Assembly: GCF_009914755.1 (NCBI RefSeq)
Contig: NC_060927.1
DNA length: 64,000 nucleotides
Reading direction: 5' to 3' (one strand)
Source of the DNA: the human T2T-CHM13v2.0 reference genome, Homo sapiens
A model generated the notes under the pieces. The model was not told where the DNA came from and searched no databases. It worked only from the letters and a program-made list of their open reading frames with translations. The first letter of the stretch is position 1. The number at the start of each line of letters is the position of its first letter. Positions 27,870 through 45,709 of the stretch are shown in pieces. Position numbers and translations under genes: made by a program.

Positions 27870-28690
27870 AAAAATTTATTTTTATTTTTATTTTTTTTAC
27901 TGTGATCTTCTGTAAGAAAGTCTTCAGCTTTAACACCTTAGATTTTTTTTCCTTCCTTTGAAAGTTGGTTACAAATTTGACCTGCATAGTCTTGTGGTTC
28001 ACAACACCCTTAAATGCCACTGGGTCTAAAATATTGTTTGAGGCACTGATAACGTTAATTGCCAGATGTTTAAGGCTCTCAATGAAATGTCCTTTCTCTT
28101 CTACATCTGTACCAGACAATCTTGCAACATCACAATGGTGTGCTTTGGCCAACATCCAAGTGCCTCTTTCTTGAATGGGGAATCAGAATTCCTTGGAATA
28201 ATCTCCATTTTTTGCAGTTAAGAAATTTGGTGGACAGTCTCTCTAATTGTTTCACTCAACCAGTAAGTCCAGACTTTGGGGGGATTCTGTGCTGTGGGCA
28301 GTGAAAGCTACTAGATTGGAACATTAAATTAAGAGTGTATCACCAGGTCTCTGGTCCATTTTAATGAAAGCAGCTTTTTCAGAAACGTTGTATCAGCTGA
28401 GATTAGCTTACCACCTTTCAGGGCCCCTCTTTCCTGGTTATTTTCCACAGAAGTAGTATTGTGGTGTATGTGCCCAGGTCACCATATAAGATTGTATAAA
28501 TTTTACTGACTAGTCCAGAATGGTAATTTCCCTCACAGGATCTGGTTCCACCAGTGAGGTATGTTCCATCACTATCTTCTTTAGGAACAGTGTCGTTCGA
28601 GATAAGTAATCTTCATTTCCCATCTTTACCTTTTCAGTAGTTGAAGGCCATTTTTGACAAAAATGTTCTCCCTCAGCCCATTCTTGCCAC
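27870..28690 (-). mobile_element. Probable ancient RTE-clade LINE 3' fragment (L4/RTE-X or MamRTE-like)
   Basis: Minus-strand translation gives collinear degenerate RTE-like motifs (LKKIVM..EITI, KAAFIKM, MLAKA, FIESLKHLAI), followed by an A-rich tail at ~27870-27900. Confidence 0.45.
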
Positions 28691-28704
28691 ATGTAATTTG
28701 CTGT

Positions 28705-29300
28705 CTACACTGAAGCCAACATGACCTTTCTATGATGCAAATCTGATCATCTCATGACACTACTTAAATCTTTTCAGTTGTCTCCTGGTAAAGTTCCCAA
28801 ATGCCTTGCCATGTATTATAAAGCCCTTTAAAATGATACCTACCGACCTTTAAATCTCATTTCTCACCACTCTTCTTTGGTAATCTGATCATTCTGAATT
28901 ATATTCAGTTTTTGAAATAATGCCTTTCTCTGTTTCCTTAATCTTTAAGTCTTTGAACATCATTGTCTCTCTGAAATTCTCTTTCATTTGCTCTTCACCT
29001 GGCTAATTTATGAGAACACTTCAGCTCTCATTGTGATATCACTTGCTTAGAATGTCTTTTCTGATCTCCAATCCTGACTTAGATGCCCCCTCTGGTGTAC
29101 TTAACCCATACTACTTATAACACATTGTAATTGTCTATTTACTTTCCTATATGCCAAACCCCAGTATACTATACCATACATTCCAGAAGGCTGAGATCAT
29201 CTTTGTTTTATTTCCCTAGCATTCAACACAATGCTAGGCAAATAAAATGCCTAATATTCACTAAATGCCAACCACTCACTCACTGAATGAATGAATGAAC
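28705..29300 (+). mobile_element. L2 3' fragment
   Basis: 'atgcaaatctgatcat...acttaaatcttttcagt', 'ttccctagcattcaacacaatgctaggca...tgaatgaatgaatgaa'. Confidence 0.7.
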
Positions 29301-29779
29301 TGGAGTAGATCTTTGCTAGAGATATATACTGTGAGCAAAGTCTATATAGAAATTAGACTATGCCAAAATGAGGCTTTTGTGGGCATATATATATATATAT
29401 ACACACATACATATACACACATAATCTTTTAAATCCATATATAATAGCATTAAGCAATATGGAAATTTTTTTAGCATTCAGGATTGTTAAATATATATTG
29501 AACTCATGACAAATAAATATTAATGGCAAAGTTCCTATCATTAAACAGATGTGTGAACCTCTAGGCAGAATGTTGTGTTAGATGAAGTTTCTGCTTGGGA
29601 ACTAAATTTGACAGACAACATGCAAACACAGTACAAGCCTTAATTATGCTCAACAGAAGGAGGAGCTATGAGGTTCTCCAGATTGCATGTAAGCTTTTTC
29701 TCAATAGGATGTTAAATTTATTAGTATGGAGAAGACTGTTTAGAAATCTGTTGCACTTGAAATTATGGGGGTTACCAGC

Positions 29780-29998
29780 TTAGGCTTAGGAGTCAAACAA
29801 AGGTTAAGTCTAATACTGGCTCTTCTATTTACCGCTTGGTCAAGAACCTTAATGATGCTGAAACTCAGTTTTTGAGCATAAATGGGATAATAATAATACT
29901 CCTTCCCTAGACTTACTGTGAAGATTAAATGACATTAACTATATTCTTGGCATAGTATTAGGTACAGAACAAATCTTCAGTAAGTGTTAGATACTGTA
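29780..29998 (+). mobile_element. MIR
   Basis: 'ggcttaggagtcaaaca...ctcagttt...aaatgggataataata...tgtgaagattaaatga'. Confidence 0.7.
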
Positions 29999-31344
29999 AT
30001 TCTTTAGTCCACCCTCACCATCATATAGGTGAAACCGAGGCACCAAAGATGCATAAATGAAATCACATATGGTCTCACAGCTAGTTAGTGACAGACAGAG
30101 GATTATAGGCAAAATCTTCTATTCTTCATATGTTTCTCTTATACCTGGTGCTCTTCACCTGCTTGTTGGATGAATATAGTGTATGAATGCAAATGAGGAG
30201 GTGTCATAACTCAGAAGGAAAAGATTATAATCACATGGTGACAATGCTTTTATGAAATATAAGTATTGCTAACTTCTTGTAACTCTTCCTATATTCTCTG
30301 TTAATTATTAGTAGTAATAAGGAAAAAAAAGAACATAACTATAAAAGCAAAAGAAAAAAGCCATCATTTGAAGAAGAAGATGATGAAGTTAGAAAGGATG
30401 TTAGCTGTGTAGACTTGCTCTTTTGTGTTATAAGTGCAGTACTAAGATGGTAAGTATGTATTTGATATCAGAGATGACTTCACTATAGGCAAAATGTGTG
30501 GCAAAATGGAGAGGGAGCAATTTGAGGATCAAAAGGAGCATTCTTTGTCCATTAGGTTTTTAAAAATAAGTTAATAGAGGTGCATGAGAGCTTAAATATT
30601 TATTCTTTTGATTTTTAAGGCTTTTCTCTTTAAAGAATAATTTTTGAAAATGCAACTATTCTAATATGTTAATAGGAGTTTTTCTAGGGAATGAGACACA
30701 TGATAGGTAATGAGCACATAGGAAGTTGCCAGGAAGCTGATTAATAAAGCATACTTTAAAAATAATAGTTCCCAGTTTGGGCAAGATATATTTCTTTATT
30801 CATTTCAAAAATGTTTAACAAGACATTCATGTCCAGCTATTACTACAATATTGGTTTTGGACTTTCCCTTCTGACATAAAAAACTATAGAAGTGTACAAA
30901 TTAGACAAGGTAACTCTTTATTGGCACTGGTTAACACGCAATGCACTGAGAAGTCAAAAATTTTAAAGACACACTGAAGTACTATACAATACTGCAAACC
31001 ATTATAAAATACTAACTCAGAGAAGAATGTAAAGGATAAAGGGAATTGAAATCTGATCATTTGATTATTTAATCTCAGTTTTTGTTGTTCCTTACATTTC
31101 TTTTTGAGTCTTTTCCTTGATTGTATTATGTCTATTATTCAGAGACAAGTTATTACTAAAATTCTTTTTTTCAGCTAAAATTCTCTCTGTCTCCATTTTG
31201 TTTTTGTTAAGTTTAAATGGATATCTATTGTTTAGATGTACAGTATGGTGTCAAGTACACCCTCCACCTTGTATGGTGGACAAGTGTTCCCTCCACCTGG
31301 TGAGATCATTAGCCATAATATCTTATTTCTTTTGAGAGGTGTTT

Positions 31345-31768
31345 GATCTAGGTTGGCCAAATATGAGAGTATATGCTAAGCCTTTACCACACAGGCTGTG
31401 TGTGATCTAAGTACAGACAAATATTTCTGCAAAAACTGATGCAGATGTTGGAGGGAGAGAACCTATTTCCTTCTGAGATCGCATGTAGGGAAGACATGAT
31501 CTGGAGCAGCTGGGTGGGGGCAGCCATCTTTGCCTCCACTTGGGTGAGCCTGTGGTGAGTGAAATCAACACAGAGGAAAGTAATGCTGAGAGAACAAGAG
31601 AGATGTTTGATGACCTCTTGGATCCAGCCTGCTTGTAGACATTTGAGTTATGTGAGCAATTAAATAGTGTTTCCTCCTTTTTGTTGTTGTTGCATAAGCT
31701 AGTTTGAGAGGCTTCTGCTAGTTGGAGAAGCATCTGCCATTTGCAACCAAAGGAGACCTGATTAATAC
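31345..31768 (+). mobile_element. Old MLT1 LTR fragment
   Basis: 'ggcagccatctt...ggatccagcc...gttatgtgagcaat...catttgcaaccaaaggagacctgattaatac'. Confidence 0.6.
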
Positions 31769-32903
31769 TGCTAGCCTAGGACTGCTGTTTTAAGAAACTT
31801 TCCACAGAGAGTTCTAGAAGGAGCCTGCAGGAGGTATTCAATGACCTTACAAAATAGTAGGAGTTTGACTGACTTTTTGGAAGAATGAAAACTGAACATG
31901 CTCATTCTTATTCTCAAATCTATTGGGGAAAAGCAGATGGATCTAGCAATCTCCAGTAATTGCTTACTTGGCTAAATCATTAAAGACTACAGGGATTTGC
32001 CATTTTATGAAATTAAAAGACGAAACAATAGGGGCTATTACCCAACTTCTGAAAAAGAAGAATGTATGCAGGTTCTTGGGGCCCAGCAGGAAAGAAGGTT
32101 ATAATCAGTCCATTAGTCTTACAGTAGTTAAAAGTTGCATGCTTTGTGCCTTGCTATGGTTAGCGTCAGCTATTTTCTAGCTTCCACACAAGGAGACTTT
32201 CCATGTTTTCTGGGAAAAGAGTTTAGGATCCAAAATGTTCATCTTTCAATTTAGGTTTCTTCAGGGAAGAAAAATAGCTAGTCTGTAATATTGACCGCAA
32301 AGAAATATTGGATATGAAATCTCTGATTGAGACATCTGAAAGATTACAAGTCACACTGGCAGGGCAGAGGTTAAAGGCAGACATCCTACAGGGAACCCTT
32401 GAGTTAGACCATCCTATTTTTTCGTTTTAACAAGATAGCACTCAGATTGAGGCAGGCCAAGCAATAACTCAGTGGCATCCTGAGTCTGAAAGGGAAATGC
32501 CAGGAGGCTAAGAATCCTGGAGGGCCTTACAGGAGGGCAATGCAGTAGGGTCTCTTAAACCAATACTTGCTGTATGTCCTTCAAAGATGCCCACCTCCCC
32601 CAGCATATGAATCAGAAAATTTGGAAAATAAAGAGAATACTCATGAGTGAGTAAAACCTTTCTTTGCAATGTTTTGTCATATTTCCTTCTAGTATTTTTA
32701 CCTTTAAATATGTTCTTTAAGTAGTTATTACTATATACAAAAAGTTTAGCATTGTACTTTTTAAAACATTATAAGCAATTCACCATGTGTTTACATAACT
32801 TTTGTAACAAACGTTTTAAATTATTATATGCTATTTTTATCTACAAAAATAATTCTTATGTTTTAGATAAAAATCTCTTTGAGAAATATAATGAAACTTC
32901 TAC

Positions 32904-33077
32904 ACCAGTGATTCTTATCCCTCAGCGTGCTTCAGAATAACATGGGAGCTTTAAAAAGATCACTGTCCAGGCCTCATCCTCAGAAATTCACATTTAGTTA
33001 GTCAGGAATGGGGCCCAGGCACCAGCGGAAAAAAAAAAAAAGATGATTCTAATGTGTCCAGGATTAAGAACAACTGA
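32904..33077. mobile_element. MER5A/B MITE
   Basis: 'cagtgattct...cagaataacatgggagcttt...ggggcccaggca...gatgattctaatgtg...ttaagaacaactg'. Confidence 0.7.
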
Positions 33078-33199
33078 TACAGCCCGCACCCCCCAAATAT
33101 ATATGCCTGTAAAATCTATGTACAGCAGTGGGGTTCATAAATTCTTTGGTTTTAAGAACCCTGAGTTATCATCTAGTTTTATGTAATCTGGTGTATGTA

Positions 33200-33920
33200 A
33201 TTATTACATAATTTTTAGACAGACTTCTTCCAAGGTTTCCCCATTATAAATAGTGCAGTGCAGCTCTGGACGTGTGGATGTACATAACATTTTTCAGAAG
33301 TAAGGTTTCCCTGGGTCAAAGTGTGTGACGTTCTGTGACTCCTTCTACATATTACCAAATGCCTCACATTGGGTCCTATTACCATATTTTCTTTTGTCTC
33401 ATATATGTACATATCAGTACTCAGCCAAAGACTCAAGGGTGTCCCTCTGCAGATCTTTGGAGCTCTCTCTCTTCTGTCCAGCCTCTCTTCTCTACAGTAC
33501 TCTTCCTCATAATTTCTAGTAACTGTGACCTCTCTGAACTTCAACTTCTGTCTCCTCACCTAATCAAGATTAAAGGGCTCTGTTTGGATTTCCTCTTGTT
33601 CTGCAACTTACAGCACGGAAACTGCCTCTAGGTAGTAATCTGGTACAATAGTGTTTGTTTTCCTTCTCCCTGTATCACAGTCCTGTGCTATTTCTTTCCC
33701 ATTATCTGAAAACCAGTTTCGTGTATTTTTTATGGTTTTCTAGTTGTTTAAAGCAGATAGAGTAAACCTGGTGGCCCTCTTACTCCATCTTGGCTGGAAG
33801 CAGAAGTAAGTCCATTTATATTTAACATAATTACTAATATGCGGGGATTTATTTCTACGAACTTATTCTGTGCTTTCTACTCTTTCTCTTTGTTCTGTTT
33901 TTCCTCCTTTCTTGATAGTG
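33200..33920 (-). mobile_element. Old L1M fragments including a 5' end
   Basis: 'actccatcttggctggaagcagaag' is the reverse complement of an L1M-type 5' terminus; L1 ORF2-like flanks. Confidence 0.55.
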
Positions 33921-35364
33921 TTTTTCAGACCTTTCTTCAGGAAGTGCTCAAGACTACTTTTGGCAGTGTGTATAAGAGATGTGTATACATGTAGGTAGGT
34001 AGTCTTATAAAATATAATGTTTGCAAAAAGAGTGCATCGCAAATAAAAATTGAAAACCAACTAACCAAGACACTTTGTGATAAGTTATACAGCTAATTCG
34101 ACAGCCTACTATGTTTATCCATTTAATATTTGATGAACATATGGATATCAAGGACAATGCCAATATGTGTTAGTTATTTCAGGGATCACATTTCTGTAAC
34201 AGATTTCAAGCACTTATTTCTAACAAATGAAAATTTCAGGCATGTTCTTTAGTCTATTATCATATTGGTTTTCTGTGATTATATTCACCTTTGTATTGGA
34301 GTTATTTGTATAGATCTGCATCTGTCTCCTTTATGAGACTCAATGAACGAGAGGGCAGAGATCTAGGTACCAGCTTGTGGTAGATGCTGGAGAAGTATTT
34401 AACTAATCGACTTGCACGGAACTGTGGAAATAAAATTGTAAAAACATTGTTGAAAAAGGAAAGCTTATGGTTCCTCCCTGAATTTTTCAGGTCAAAGTTG
34501 GCTCTGCCTTTGTTTCATCACTGTAGTTCTGTTAAATATAGCGCTTTATAGATATTAATATGGTTGCAACTATATTATCTCTGTTAAATATAGTTCCATA
34601 TTATATATAGATGTGTTGTTATGTATATGAATGTTAGCTTCCCCTTTTATAGATTTGACCTGTGCTTATACAGTATGGCTCAAGCACCTAGAACAGAATC
34701 AATTGCAGCGCCTGTTAAAGATGCAGATTTTTTTGATCTGTACACATGGACTATGCAATTAGACTCTCTAAGGAGGGTTACGTGAAATGTACATTTTAAA
34801 GCAGTGATTTAGGCATACGATTCTGATTTATTAAGGAAAATAAACCATGTTTTTTGTTTTGTTTTGTTTTGTTTTGTTGCTGGGGAAGGGATTCTCACTA
34901 ATTCAGAACTGTGCCCTGGTCCTCCCATCCCAAGATGGGTAGAAGGCTGTCCTAGAATACTCATGGCTTATCTATTTAGGAGTAAGATTATTTCAGAACA
35001 TACCCCTTATTTACTGCCTTCTTTAGAGATTACTAGTAAATTAATCCTAATTAAGAATATGAAACATTAATGAGGAGCAGTTGTGGGTTCAGCAGCTAAG
35101 TGCTGCTCTTACTAATGAGAATAAACTCTTAGCTGTTTTAAAGCAGGACTCTTTAGCATAAAATACTTGGGTCAGAAGTCTTTACCACCACCATAGCTCA
35201 GCTAAGCCCTCAGAGATGACCTCTAATGCAGCCAGGAATGAAAGAACATCTTTTCTCTGGCTTATTTCTGTGGGCCAACCTGGACTTACTCTGTGGATTG
35301 AGCCCTGGTTTCAAAGTCTGAGCAGAGTCTGGGAAAAATGAAGTCTGGCTGTGTGCTAAAGTCT

Positions 35365-35570
35365 GGCTGTGTGGCATTAGATTCACCACTTGGCCGTATC
35401 ACTTACTGGCTCTTTGACTTTGGGCAAGTCCATCACTTTCACTTGGTTTTAGCTCCTCTGGAAAATAAATATAATCATACCCTACCTATTTCATCAGGGT
35501 ATTGTAAAATCCATGAGATAATACCTCATCATGGTTTAAGTTCCTGGCATTTCAGCATGCAGGCAATGAA
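35365..35570 (+). mobile_element. MIR
   Basis: 'tcacttactggctctttgactttgggcaagtc...tacctatttcatcagggtattgtaaaatccatgagataat'. Confidence 0.65.
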
Positions 35571-37539
35571 AATTTCTCCTTATGATCCCAGCTCCTTACA
35601 TCCCTAATTGTATCTGTCTTTTGCCCTGTCCCCCTATTACTTCTTACCAGGTGTGAATTGGGGCAAGGGAGAAAAAAATGATTTGTTCAGACATATAAAT
35701 ACACAACAAAGTATTAGTCAGTGCATCAAGCTAAATACTTTAAGCTAGCAATGATTCGTTTATGTATTTATTCATTCATTTGATAAATATCTATTAGCCA
35801 CCTACTAGTAAAATATATTTAATTTTGTTTTATAATATTTGTATTAAAGATAATATATATTTTTGGATGAGTGAGTAAAAAGATGATTAAGTATAAATCC
35901 AATGTATTGAGACTCTAGATGGTAGCAGCAGCTGCGTGGCTGAGTAAGGACATAAGCCGGGTCTGTGGAAATGTTATAGAAGTTGGTCTAAAGAAAGGTT
36001 ATATACAGAAAGACTATTTGAACAACAAAGGACTTATTAAATTGAATTCATGTTCAAGGGGAAATTATGCTTGAGCCATGAATGACAACCTGTCAATCAA
36101 AGTAAGTTTCAATATCCAGGGTAGGAGGGAGGGAAATATTTAGCTCCCTTCTTTCCACATCAGATCTGCCCCCGCTTTCCACCCTTTTCTTCACTCACTT
36201 ACTTGCTTGCCCTCTAAAAGATGCAGAGTGGCAACTTGCTTCATGGTGGTCTTTTAAGAAATGAACCTGCATTCTACTTCCTGTTTCCTACTTTAAAGTG
36301 AAAACGAGGTCAAAACAGAGTTTGGCTCTTCGAAACTAGCCAAGGCAAATTAACTCTAACATTTCTTTCTGTCTCTTCCATACATTTAGTTATTTGGATA
36401 AGGTAAGCTGGACCTTTACCCCTTCAACTTCCTTCTGTTTCATGATCAGTTAGATGTGGTAAGATCCCAGGATTTAGATTTGGAGGAACTAACACCTTTT
36501 AGTCCTTGAGCCTCTAAGTAGTGTGGAATCTACCTTTTACCAGTGCTTGTATGAATTTAGTTCTGTAGTATAATAGGAAATCACACTAATAACTAGAATC
36601 AAATGCACTCTTCCCCTCAAAAAGGATAATATGGGAAGAATTCCAAAAAATAAAACTTGGGAAAGGCTCTATAGTAAAATATAGTTGCCCAAATATCTCT
36701 TTATTTCATTGGGTTTGTCTAGGCAAGTTGAACATTTCTGGTCCAGAATCTTTAGTTAATCCCAACTAAGATACAATGAAGAAGTAAGACCTCAGAACTA
36801 CTGTATTAGAGTTTGTGGATAAATGTAGAGTTATAACAGCCAGTATAAGTATGAGCAAAGACTGGGATCATTACCTTGAATAAAATGGTATGATTTTTCA
36901 CAGAGCTTCTAGAGCAGTTTCTAAAATAAATATGGAGAAGATAGAAGAGCCAAGAATAGCCAAAAGATTTTAAAAACAAAGAGTATGAGGGGATGTCAAT
37001 CATTACTGCATACCTCCGTACTTATTAAAAGAGGAAGAATATCACTGAAAAGGCTCTTAATAACATAACATCTGGCTTATAAAAATCCTGAGTTAGGAAG
37101 GACATTCCTTACCTCTTAGATTTATATACATAGGTCCACGAACTCCTTGATTGCATACACCCCATTATTAATATTTCATGAATCTTCCAGATTCATTCAT
37201 TCACAAATATTTATTGATCACTGCCTATGTGCCCAGTATTTTGCTAGTTGCAGGGAACTGATTGCTAGTTGCAAGATAAACTATTCTTCCTTGCTTTCCT
37301 CAAGCAAATCTCCAACATTGAAGTGAATTACCTAATGTGATAAAAACAGTAAGTGGCAGTGTGCGGTCTTCTAACTCTAAACCCAATCTTTGAGGTAAAC
37401 AAGGTTGAGAATTAGGAGAGATCTAGCAGACGGTATTTTAAAAGATAGAATAAAACTCTGGGGGAAGAGTTTATTAGCAAAGACACTTAGGCCTGGACAT
37501 GTGGGAGGGTTTCAGTGAGGGGGGTAGGAGATATCAAAA

Positions 37540-37693
37540 ACACACTCTCTTCCTTTTGGGATAAAAATACTCTAAAACTAATTATGGTGATGTTAGCACT
37601 ACTCAGTAAAGTTGCCAAAAATCATCAAATTGGACACTTAAAATAGATGAATTTTATAATATGTAAAATGTAACTCAATAAAGCTGTTAAAAT
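37540..37693 (+). mobile_element. L1MB/MC-type 3' terminus
   Basis: 'ctaaaactaattatggtgatg...cacttaaaatagatgaattttata...ctcaataaagctgttaaaa'. Confidence 0.7.
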
Positions 37694-38179
37694 ATTTTTT
37701 TTTAGCTGTGACATGAAAAAAGCTTGGAAGTCATCACTCCCACACTCAAAATGGTAAAAACATTGAACAAACTGAAAATCAATGACATTTCTTAAGTCCA
37801 TCAAAGAAGTAAGGTTACAGGGCAAACTACCTCCCCACTGCCCTCTAAATCTGGAAAGACTGGCAAATACAAAGAATCAGAGCCAAGATCAGTTTACCTG
37901 AAGCAGAAGCCACCAGAACAATAAATGGGTAGAAACACTTGTATGGTAATTTTGAGGAATTTCTGGAAGCTGAGTGTACTAGCTTGAGGTTTAAACTCTT
38001 AAAGGTCTAGTCCCTATGGAAGCCAATACTTTGCAGATTTACCTCCTGGAGCTTCACCAGGTTCTTTTCTTGAGGATCAGAGAAAAATTTCTATCTGTAT
38101 TTGGAGAAGAGGGAGGGGAAGAGTAACCATTTTGAATATACTCAGAATTCCTCCATAACAAAAGCCTACCCTCCCAGGG

Positions 38180-41940
<3,761 letters not shown>

Positions 41941-42100
41941 TATCCTGCCATGCAAGGGGAACTACATTACCAGAGTCTTACCTGATGTAGGGGAGGGGCA
42001 ATTGGCCAGATCTAGCCCTCTCTATCCTCCCTGCTACAGATAAGAGGACAAGGGGGAAGAAAAAAGACTAGTCCCTGAGAAAACTTAACACCAAGAAAAG

Positions 42101-42541
42101 ACAGCTCTCATTCAGTATTAACAGGTGATTAGTTCCTAGAACCTTTTCACCTGTGGATACCAAAATCCAGGGACACTTGAGTTCTTCAAAATATAAAATT
42201 GTATGGTATTTGCATATAACCTACGTACTTCTTCCTGTATATTTTAAATCATTTCTAGATTACTTACAATACTGAACACAATGTAAATGCTACGTAAATA
42301 TAGTTGTTATACTGTATTTCTCCTTGAGATAAATCTTGCTATGTTGCCTAGGTTAGCCTTGGACTCCTGGGCTCAAGTTTTCCTCCTGCCTTTGGGTCCT
42401 GAGTAGCTGGAACTGTAGTCATATGCCACTGCATCTGGCTTGTTTATAAATTTGTATTATTTTAAATTATTTTGAATATTTCAATTGAAAATTGGTTGAC
42501 TCTACAGATACAGAACCTGTGACTACAGAGGGCCAACTGTA
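42101..42541 (+). mobile_element. MER2 (TcMar-Tigger) with a nested Alu monomer
   Basis: 'ggataccaaaatcc...gtatttgcatataacctacgtac...ctagattacttacaatac...gaacctgtgactacagagggccaactgta'. Confidence 0.8.
42322..42440 (-). mobile_element. FLAM/AluJ monomer
   Basis: 'tcttgctatgttgcctagg...ctcctgggctcaag...gagtagctgg...gccactgcatctggc'. Confidence 0.75.
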
Positions 42542-42639
42542 CTGCTGAAGGTCACAGCCCAGGAACCCAAGCTGAACACCAAAAATGAGATCTTATCATA
42601 AGATTATAGAAAGCTTCTCATCAATAACACTTTACTATC

Positions 42640-42822
42640 TGTATTAGTCTATTCTCACATTGCTATAAAGAAGTACCTGAGACTGGGTAATTTATAAAGA
42701 ACAGAAGTTTAATTGACTTACACTTCTACAGGCTGTACAGGAAGCATGGCTGAGAGGCCTCAGGAAACTTACAATCATGGTGGAAGGGTGGAGGCAAAGC
42801 AAGCATGTCTTCACATGGTGGC

Positions 42823-42864
<42 letters not shown>

Positions 42865-45037
42865 GACAGAGAGAGACAGAGACCAAGAGAGCAAAGGGGC
42901 AAGTGCTACACACTTTCAAACAACCAGATCTCATAAGAACTCTATTTTGAGAACTCCAAGGGGGAATTCCGCCCCCATGATTCTATCACCTCCCACCAGC
43001 CCCCTCCTTCAACACTAGGAATTACAATTTGACATAAGATTTGGGTGGGGTCACAGAGCCAAACCATATCATTCCACCCCGGCCCCTCCCAAATCTCATG
43101 TACCTCTCACATTTCAAAACACAATCATGCCTTCCCAACAGTCTCCTAAAGTCTTAAGTCGTTCTATCATTAACTCAAAAGTCCAAGTCCAAAGTCTCAT
43201 TTGAGACAAGGCAAGTCCCTTCTGCCAATGAATCTGTAAAATCAAAAACAAGTTGGTTACTTCCAAGATACAATGAGGGTATAGGCACTAGGTAAGATCA
43301 AAAGGGAGAAATTGGCCAAAACAAAGAGGCTACAGGTCCCATGCAAGTCTGAAACCTGGCAGGGCAGTTATTAAATCTTAGAGCTCCAAAATAATCTCCT
43401 TTGACTCCATGTCTCACATCCAAGTCACATTGACACAAAGGGTGGGCAGCTTCACCCCTGCAGCTCTGCAGGGTACAGCCTTCGTGACTGCTTTCATGGG
43501 CTGGTGTTGAGTGCCTGCAGCTTTTTCAGGTGCACATTGCAAGATGTCAGTGGATCTACTATTCTGGGATCTGAAGGATGCTAGCCCTCTTCTCACAGCT
43601 CCACTAGGCAGGCCCCAGTGGGAAATTGTGTGGGGGCTTCAACCCTCTATTTCCCCTCTGCAGTGCCCTAGAAGAGGTTTTCCACAAGGGCTCTGCCCCT
43701 GCAGCAGACTTCTGCCTGTACATCTAGGCATTTCCATACATCCTCTGAAATCTAGGCAGAGGTTCCCACACATCACCTCTTGCCTTTTGCACACCTGCAG
43801 GCCCAGCACCACGTGGAAGCTGCCAAGGCTTGGGGCTTTCACCCTCTGAAGTCATGGCCTGAGCTGTACCTTGGCCTCTTTTAGCCATGGCTGGAGCTGG
43901 AGCAGCTGAGATGCAGGACACCATGTCCTGAGGCTGTGCAGAGCAGCTGAGTCCTGGGCCTGGCCCGTGAAACCATATTTTCCCTCCTAGGCCTCTAGGC
44001 CTGTGATGGGAGGGGCTGCTGTGAAGGTCTCTGAAATGCCCTGGAGACATTTTCCCCATTGTCTTCACTGTTAACATTTGGCTCCTCTTTATTTATGCAA
44101 ATTTCTTCAGCAAGCTTGACTTTCTCCCCAGGAAATGGGTTTTTCTTTTCTACCACATGGCCAGGCAGCAAATTTTCCAAACTTTTATATTCTGCTTCCA
44201 TTTTAAATATAAGTTCTCTTTGCTTATGCAAATGAGCTAGGCTTTTGGAGCAACCAGGCCACATCTTGAATGCTTTGCTACTTAGAAATTTCTTCTGCCA
44301 GGTACCCTAAATCATCTCTCTTGTGTTCAAAATTTTAGAGATCCCTGGAGCAGGGGCACAATACTGTCAGTCTCTTTGCTAAAGCATAGCAAGTGTGACC
44401 TTTGCTCTAGTTCCCAATAAGTTTTTCATCTCCATCTGATACCACCCGGCCTGGACTTCAGTGTTCATATCACTATCAACATTTTGGTCACAATCATTCA
44501 ACACGTCTCTGGGAAGTTCCAAACTTTCCCACATCTTCCTGTCTTCTTCTGACCCCTCCAAACTGTTCCAGCCTCTGCCTATTACCCAGTTCCAAAGTTG
44601 ATTTCACATTTTCAGGTATCTTTATAGCAATGCCCCACTTCTCTTATACCAATTTTCTGTATTAGTTCATTCTCACACTGCTATAAAGAAGTACCTGAGA
44701 CTGGGTAATTTATAAAGAAAAGAGGTTTAATTGACTCACACTTCCACATGCTGTACTGGAAGCATGGCTGGGAGGCCTCAGGAAACTTAGAATCATGGTG
44801 GAAGGGTGGAGGGGAAGCAAGTATGTCTTCACATGGTGGCAGAAAAGAGAGAGAGCATGAAGAGGAAAGTGCTACACACTTTAAAACAACCATATCTTGT
44901 GAGAATTCTATCATGAAAACAGCAAGGGAGAAGTTTACCCTCATAATTCTATCATCTCCCACCAGGCCCCTCCTTCAACATGGGAAATTACAATTCAACA
45001 TGAGATTTGGGTGGGAACACAGAGCGAACCCATATCA
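42640..45037 (-). mobile_element. Complete MSTA-like MaLR: LTR 42640-43071, internal, LTR 44658-45037
   Basis: Two homologous LTRs (tgtattagt...catatca), MaLR internal sequence between them, and 5-bp TSD ctatc/ttatc. Confidence 0.9.
42826..42881. repeat. (GA)n/(GAGACA)n microsatellite inside the left LTR
   Basis: Directly visible; much shorter at the equivalent place in the other LTR. Confidence 0.9.
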
Positions 45038-45709
45038 TTATCACATCAGCAAAGCTGCAGTATAGTATCAGTGGATTACAATGAAGAGAGGTACAATACA
45101 CAAACTCAACTTAAGAAGGAATCCTTAGGTAAGCACAAAGACAAGAGGGGAATAAAACACACACACAAAAACTAGAGGCAACTAAAATCTCTGGTATCTA
45201 CAGCCACAGTAAATAAACATTAAATACAGTGGAGTGCCTAGTTAGATTACCATAAAACCTCACACCAAAAGCCTAATCACCCCTGTTCCTATTACCCAAT
45301 ACATTATGTCTGGCTTTCAACAAAAAGTTACAAGGCATGCTCAAAGCCAAGAAAAAATATAGTCTGAAGAGACAAAGTAAGCATCAGAAATAGACTTAGA
45401 TATAGCACAGATTTTGGAATTATCAGATGGTGAATTTAAAATAACTATGATTAATATATTAAAGAACTTGAAGAAAAAGTTGACAACATACAAGAACAGG
45501 TGAAGAATATAAGCAAAGAGATGGAAACTTTGGGAATTAAAAGAAATGCGAAGAACTAAAATCTTGTAAAAGAAATAAAGAATGCCATTAATGAGCTTAT
45601 CAGCAGACTAGACATTGCCAAGGCAAGAATAAATAAACTTGAGATATGTTAATAAAAACTTCCCAAACTGAAATGTAAACATCGTTTAAAAAGAACAAAT
45701 ATGAATATC

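Noticed and set aside
35341-35373. 18-bp tandem duplication aagtctggctgtgtg (similar ones near 3423 and 37240)
   Set aside because: Two-copy micro-duplications are common; not a CRISPR-like or functional array.
43414-45065. Several 60-117 aa ORFs
   Set aside because: They lie in MaLR internal/LTR sequence and are fragmented.
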